Made by a program: the position numbers and the translations under genes. From Planctomycetota bacterium (GTDB lineage Bacteria; Planctomycetota; B15-G4; JADJEK01), in assembly GCA_044225365.1 (NCBI GenBank), contig JBGAIQ010000014.1:32001-96000 (forward strand): a DNA stretch of 64,000 nucleotides, written 5' to 3'. Shown here one piece after another: positions 60,777 through 64,000 of the stretch. Every line of letters starts with the position of its first letter. Positions within the stretch are counted from its first letter, which is position 1. The notes beneath the pieces are model-generated. The model ran no database searches and had not been told where the DNA came from. It saw nothing but the letters and a program-made list of their open reading frames with translations.

Positions 60777-62819
60777 CACGCCGCCCGAGACACTCGGTCG
60801 CGGTGCCGCGGGAGTCGCGGCGCCGTCGGCCGAGGGCTGAGTGATCGGCTCGAGGACACTCGTGAGCGAACGGCTCGCGACTTCGCGCTTCAACGCGTTG
60901 ATCACGCTGTCGACGCCCATCGTGCCGATGTTGACGCCGTCGCGTCGGCGAACGTTGACCTGCCCGTTCTCGGCTTCCTTGTCGCCGACGACGAGCACGT
61001 AGTTGACCTTCTTCATCGAGGCATCGCGCACCTTGGAGCCGAGCTTGCCGCCGCCCATGTCGACGCTCGCGCGGATGCCCGCCGCCTTCAGTTTGGAGAG
61101 CGCGATCTGACAGGCAGCCTCGTGACGATCGGTCGCAACGGGGACGATGCGCACCTGTTCGGGCGCGAGCCAGAGCGGGAACGCGCCGCCGAAGTGCTCG
61201 ATGAGGATCGCGAACATGCGCTCCATCGAACCCAGGATCGCGCGATGCACCACCACCGGACGAGTCCGGCCGCCTTGCGCGTCGGCGAAGTAGAGATCGA
61301 ATTTCTCGGGGAGGGAGAAGTCGACCTGGATCGTCGCGAGCTGCCATTCGCGCTTCAGCGAATCGAGGACCTTGAAGTCGATCTTCGGGCCGTAGAACGC
61401 GCCATCACCGGGGGCGACCTCGTAGGCCGCGCCGAGTCGTTTCAACGACGTTGCGATCGCGGCTTCGGCGTTGTCCCACATCGCTTCGCTGCCGGTTCGC
61501 GATTCCGGACGCGTCGCGAAGAACAGCTTCACGTCCTCGAATCCGAAGACTCCATATACCTCGCGCACGAATGCCACGAGCGCTTCGATCTCGTCCTGGA
61601 GTTGTTCCGGGGCGCAGTAGATGTGCGCGTCGTCCTGCGTGAACGATCGCACGCGCGTGAGGCCACTCATCACGCCGGCCTTCTCGAAGCGATGGCAGAG
61701 CCCAAACTCCGCGAGACGCAGCGGTAGATCGCGATACGAGCGGATGTCCTGCTTGAACACGAAGGCCGAGCCGGGGCAATTCATCGGCTTCATGCCGATC
61801 CGTGGCTCGTCGAGCACTTCCTTCGGGTCGCCGTCATGGTGCACGAAGAACATGTTCTCGCGGTAATGCGTCATGTGGCCCGTCGTGCGCCAGACGCTCG
61901 TGTCGAGGACGACCGGGGTCTTCACCTCGACGTAGCCCTTCGCCTTCAGCTTCTCGCGCATCATCTCTTCGATGGCGTTGCGGCACACCATGCCGTTCGG
62001 CAGCCAGATCGGATGCCCGGGGGCTTCGGGGATGATGTGGAACAGAGCGAGGTCCTTGCCGAGCAGGCGATGATCGCGCTTCTTCGCTTCTTCGCGATTC
62101 TTCAGAAACTCATCGAGTTCCTCCTTCTTGAAGAACGCGGTCGCGTAGATGCGCTGCAACGACTCGCGCTTCTCGTTTCCCCGCCAGTACGCGGCGGCGA
62201 CCGAGAGCACCTTGAACGCCTTGCCGACCTTGCCAGTCGAGGGAAGGTGCGGACCGCGACAGAGGTCGGTGAATTCGCCCTGCGAGTAGAAGGAAATCGG
62301 TGCGTCGTCGGGCAATTCGTTGACGAGTTCCTTCTTCAGCTTCGCTCGACCCGCGCCATCGAGTCGCGCGCAGGCGTCGGCCTTGCTGTCGGCGATGAAG
62401 CGCGAGAGTTGCAGGTCCTCGTCGACGATCTTCTTCATCTCCGCTTCGACTTCATCGAGGAACTCGGGAGTGAAGGCTTTGTCGACCTCGAAGTCGTAGT
62501 AGAAGCCGTCGTCGATCACGGGGCCGATCGCGAACTCCACCTTGTCGCGGCCGAGCTTGCGCGCAACTGCCTGAGCGAGGACGTGCGCCGCGGTGTGGCG
62601 GAGGACCTCTAGGCCTTCCTTGGTGCCCGGATTCACGATCGCGAGCGCGCCGCCGGAATAGAGCGGAGTGTGAAGGTCGAAGATGCGGCCATCGACCGTG
62701 ACCGCGAGCGTCTTCTTCGCGTCGGGGATCTTGGACAACAGCTCTTTGATCGTTCGGCCCGCCGCCAGGGTGAGCTTCGATCCGTCGGCCAGGGTGAAGG
62801 TCAGCTCGCTTCCGCTCAT
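59676..62819 (-). CDS. thrS: Threonine--tRNA ligase fused C-terminally to L-threonine 3-dehydrogenase
   Basis: TGS domain; editing domain RHTAAH and DLCRGPH; RDHR.LG, KPMNCP, RVRSFTQDDAH, AFYGPKID and VHRAILGS.ER; anticodon domain VVGDKE; then a Tdh domain. GGAGA SD before ATG 62819. Confidence 0.95.
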   Translation of the reverse strand: MSGSELTFTLADGSKLTLAAGRTIKELLSKIPDAKKTLAVTVDGRIFDLHTPLYSGGALAIVNPGTKEGLEVLRHTAAHVLAQAVARKLGRDKVEFAIGPVIDDGFYYDFEVDKAFTPEFLDEVEAEMKKIVDEDLQLSRFIADSKADACARLDGAGRAKLKKELVNELPDDAPISFYSQGEFTDLCRGPHLPSTGKVGKAFKVLSVAAAYWRGNEKRESLQRIYATAFFKKEELDEFLKNREEAKKRDHRLLGKDLALFHIIPEAPGHPIWLPNGMVCRNAIEEMMREKLKAKGYVEVKTPVVLDTSVWRTTGHMTHYRENMFFVHHDGDPKEVLDEPRIGMKPMNCPGSAFVFKQDIRSYRDLPLRLAEFGLCHRFEKAGVMSGLTRVRSFTQDDAHIYCAPEQLQDEIEALVAFVREVYGVFGFEDVKLFFATRPESRTGSEAMWDNAEAAIATSLKRLGAAYEVAPGDGAFYGPKIDFKVLDSLKREWQLATIQVDFSLPEKFDLYFADAQGGRTRPVVVHRAILGSMERMFAILIEHFGGAFPLWLAPEQVRIVPVATDRHEAACQIALSKLKAAGIRASVDMGGGKLGSKVRDASMKKVNYVLVVGDKEAENGQVNVRRRDGVNIGTMGVDSVINALKREVASRSLTSVLEPITQPSADGAATPAAPRPSVSGGVMRAVRLMGVGEAKLLRDVPIPEPGPGQVRIKVLAAGICGTDKHLCAGDATVIEKAKPPRTLGHEFCGEIDAFGPGAEGFGFAIDDYVTAEMHVVCGRCVPCQTGNGHACERTVICGLHQDGSFADYVVVPATNVIKLDRAAVPLKVGAFLDALGNAMHCAQATSVSGRDIAVIGYGPIGAMAAAVVEFMGAAQVFVTEVHPFNVAHAKKWAAGINAKHPRGLERVVVLDTGSLEKRKLAMTEIKRRTDGKGVDAALEISGHPDAINDALEMTRWGGDLVELGIGKEKALTLHDWNGEVVFKGKNIKGIIGRRMYDTWFQMLGLLRAGLDVSHLVTHEASLDEFPDAMARFRRNETMKVVLYPTDRR

Positions 62820-63029
62820 CGATCAGGTCTCCGGTGTCTCGCGCCCGCCCGAACTCTCGGGCCTGGCCGAATCGGAACAGGATATCGGGTCGCTGCCGCA
62901 GGACATAGGGCATGGGTGCCCGTCGCTCCGACATCGTGAATTGCGGGCGATTCCGAGGATTCCGCGGGACACCCGGGATGACACCTGGATCTGTACTGCG
63001 CACCTCGTTCCTCGAACCGGATCCTCGTC

Positions 63030-64000
63030 ATGCGCCCTTCGATCCTCACCGCCCTGTTCTCTGCGTTCTTCCTCACCACGAATGGGTTTGCGACCATCGA
63101 AGCGATCGATGTGAAGCCCGGGAAGCCGTTCGTCGACCCGCCCGGGAAGCCGCAGCCGAACGCCGGCTGCGGCAGCATCTCGGCATCCAAGAATGGTCGC
63201 TACGTCGCGTTCTTGTCGGGTGCGACGAACCTCGTGAAGGGACTGCATCCGAACAAGACGCAGGCCTACCGCACCGATCGAGTGACGAACACGACGATCT
63301 GCATCTCGCTCGCGAAGAACCACGCACCGGCGAATGACGACGTGCTCGATGTCTCTCTCTCGGGCAACGGGCGCTACGCTGTGATCGTGACGCGTGCGTC
63401 GAACCTCGGGACGCCGTTCAACGGATTCGTCCAGGCGATCTTCGAGGACCTGAAGACCGGAAAGCGCCTCACCGCATCGCTCGCGGCATTCCAGCCGTAT
63501 TTGAATCTCGACTGTGATCGGGCGTTCATCAGCGGCGATGGCTCGACGGTGGTCTTCGAGACGGCGGCCTCGAACGTCCTTGCGGTCGGCAACAACGGGA
63601 AGAAACAACTCTACGCCTGGGATCGCTTCTCGAACGATGTCGATGCGTTGTCCTTCAGCCCCCAGGGTCAACCCGGCAACGCGGACACCCATGGATCGAG
63701 CGGTGTCGGAATCTCGAAGGACGGCAAGTTCGTGACCTTTGCCTCCGACGCGACGAACCTAGTGTCCGCGAACCCCGGCAACCCGTCGTACCTCGACGTC
63801 TTCGTGCGCGACCGCGCGGTCGGAACGACGGAGCTCATTTCGAGGAACTTCTCCGGAGGCGCCGCCAACAAGGCGAGCACCCATCCGTCGATCTCCGAAG
63901 ACGGTCGGTACGTCGGCTACGTCTCGACGGCGAGCAACATCACCACGGACGACAACGATGGCAATGACTACGACTGCTTCTTCTACGATCGCCAGTTGAA
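63030..64000 (+). CDS. Secreted TolB-like (PD40) beta-propeller repeat protein, 3'-truncated by window edge; absent from the ORF track
   Basis: ATG 63030, signal-like MRPSILTALFSAFFL; repeats S.NGRYVAF.S.ATNLV, ISKDGKFVTFASDATNLV, DVFVRDR and ISEDGRYV; frame open to the end. Confidence 0.85.
   Translation, partial: MRPSILTALFSAFFLTTNGFATIEAIDVKPGKPFVDPPGKPQPNAGCGSISASKNGRYVAFLSGATNLVKGLHPNKTQAYRTDRVTNTTICISLAKNHAPANDDVLDVSLSGNGRYAVIVTRASNLGTPFNGFVQAIFEDLKTGKRLTASLAAFQPYLNLDCDRAFISGDGSTVVFETAASNVLAVGNNGKKQLYAWDRFSNDVDALSFSPQGQPGNADTHGSSGVGISKDGKFVTFASDATNLVSANPGNPSYLDVFVRDRAVGTTELISRNFSGGAANKASTHPSISEDGRYVGYVSTASNITTDDNDGNDYDCFFYDRQL

Overview
GC-rich 64 kb window that looks like an ordinary chromosome segment of a Planctomycetota-like bacterium. 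The assignment is inferred from PVC-type CxxCH, DUF1549/DUF1553 and DUF1501 proteins and an ECF43-type sigma/Ser-Thr kinase pair. About 42 CDS are supportable, mostly secreted hydrolases/proteases, ECF and BlaI/BlaR signalling modules, a Cu-type P1B ATPase and a collagen-like surface protein. I found no rRNA, tRNA, CRISPR-cas or transposase. The standout is a single 1047-aa ORF (59676-62819, minus) fusing a complete threonyl-tRNA synthetase, via a Pro/Ala linker, to a complete Zn-dependent L-threonine 3-dehydrogenase; its usual operon partner kbl lies separately about 24 kb away. Other notable items: (1) a 29-bp hairpin-forming repeat present both as an intergenic 4x array and in-frame within a signal peptide; (2) a candidate sigma54 promoter with enhancer-like repeats beside a mini NtrC-like protein lacking its AAA+ domain, upstream of an IPT/collagen gene pair; (3) a CnrHYX-like ECF module with a Cys-rich sensor; (4) BlaR1-ExbD-prenyltransferase-repeat and DUF4240-GNAT fusions. 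All family assignments are by eye from motifs, not from database searches.
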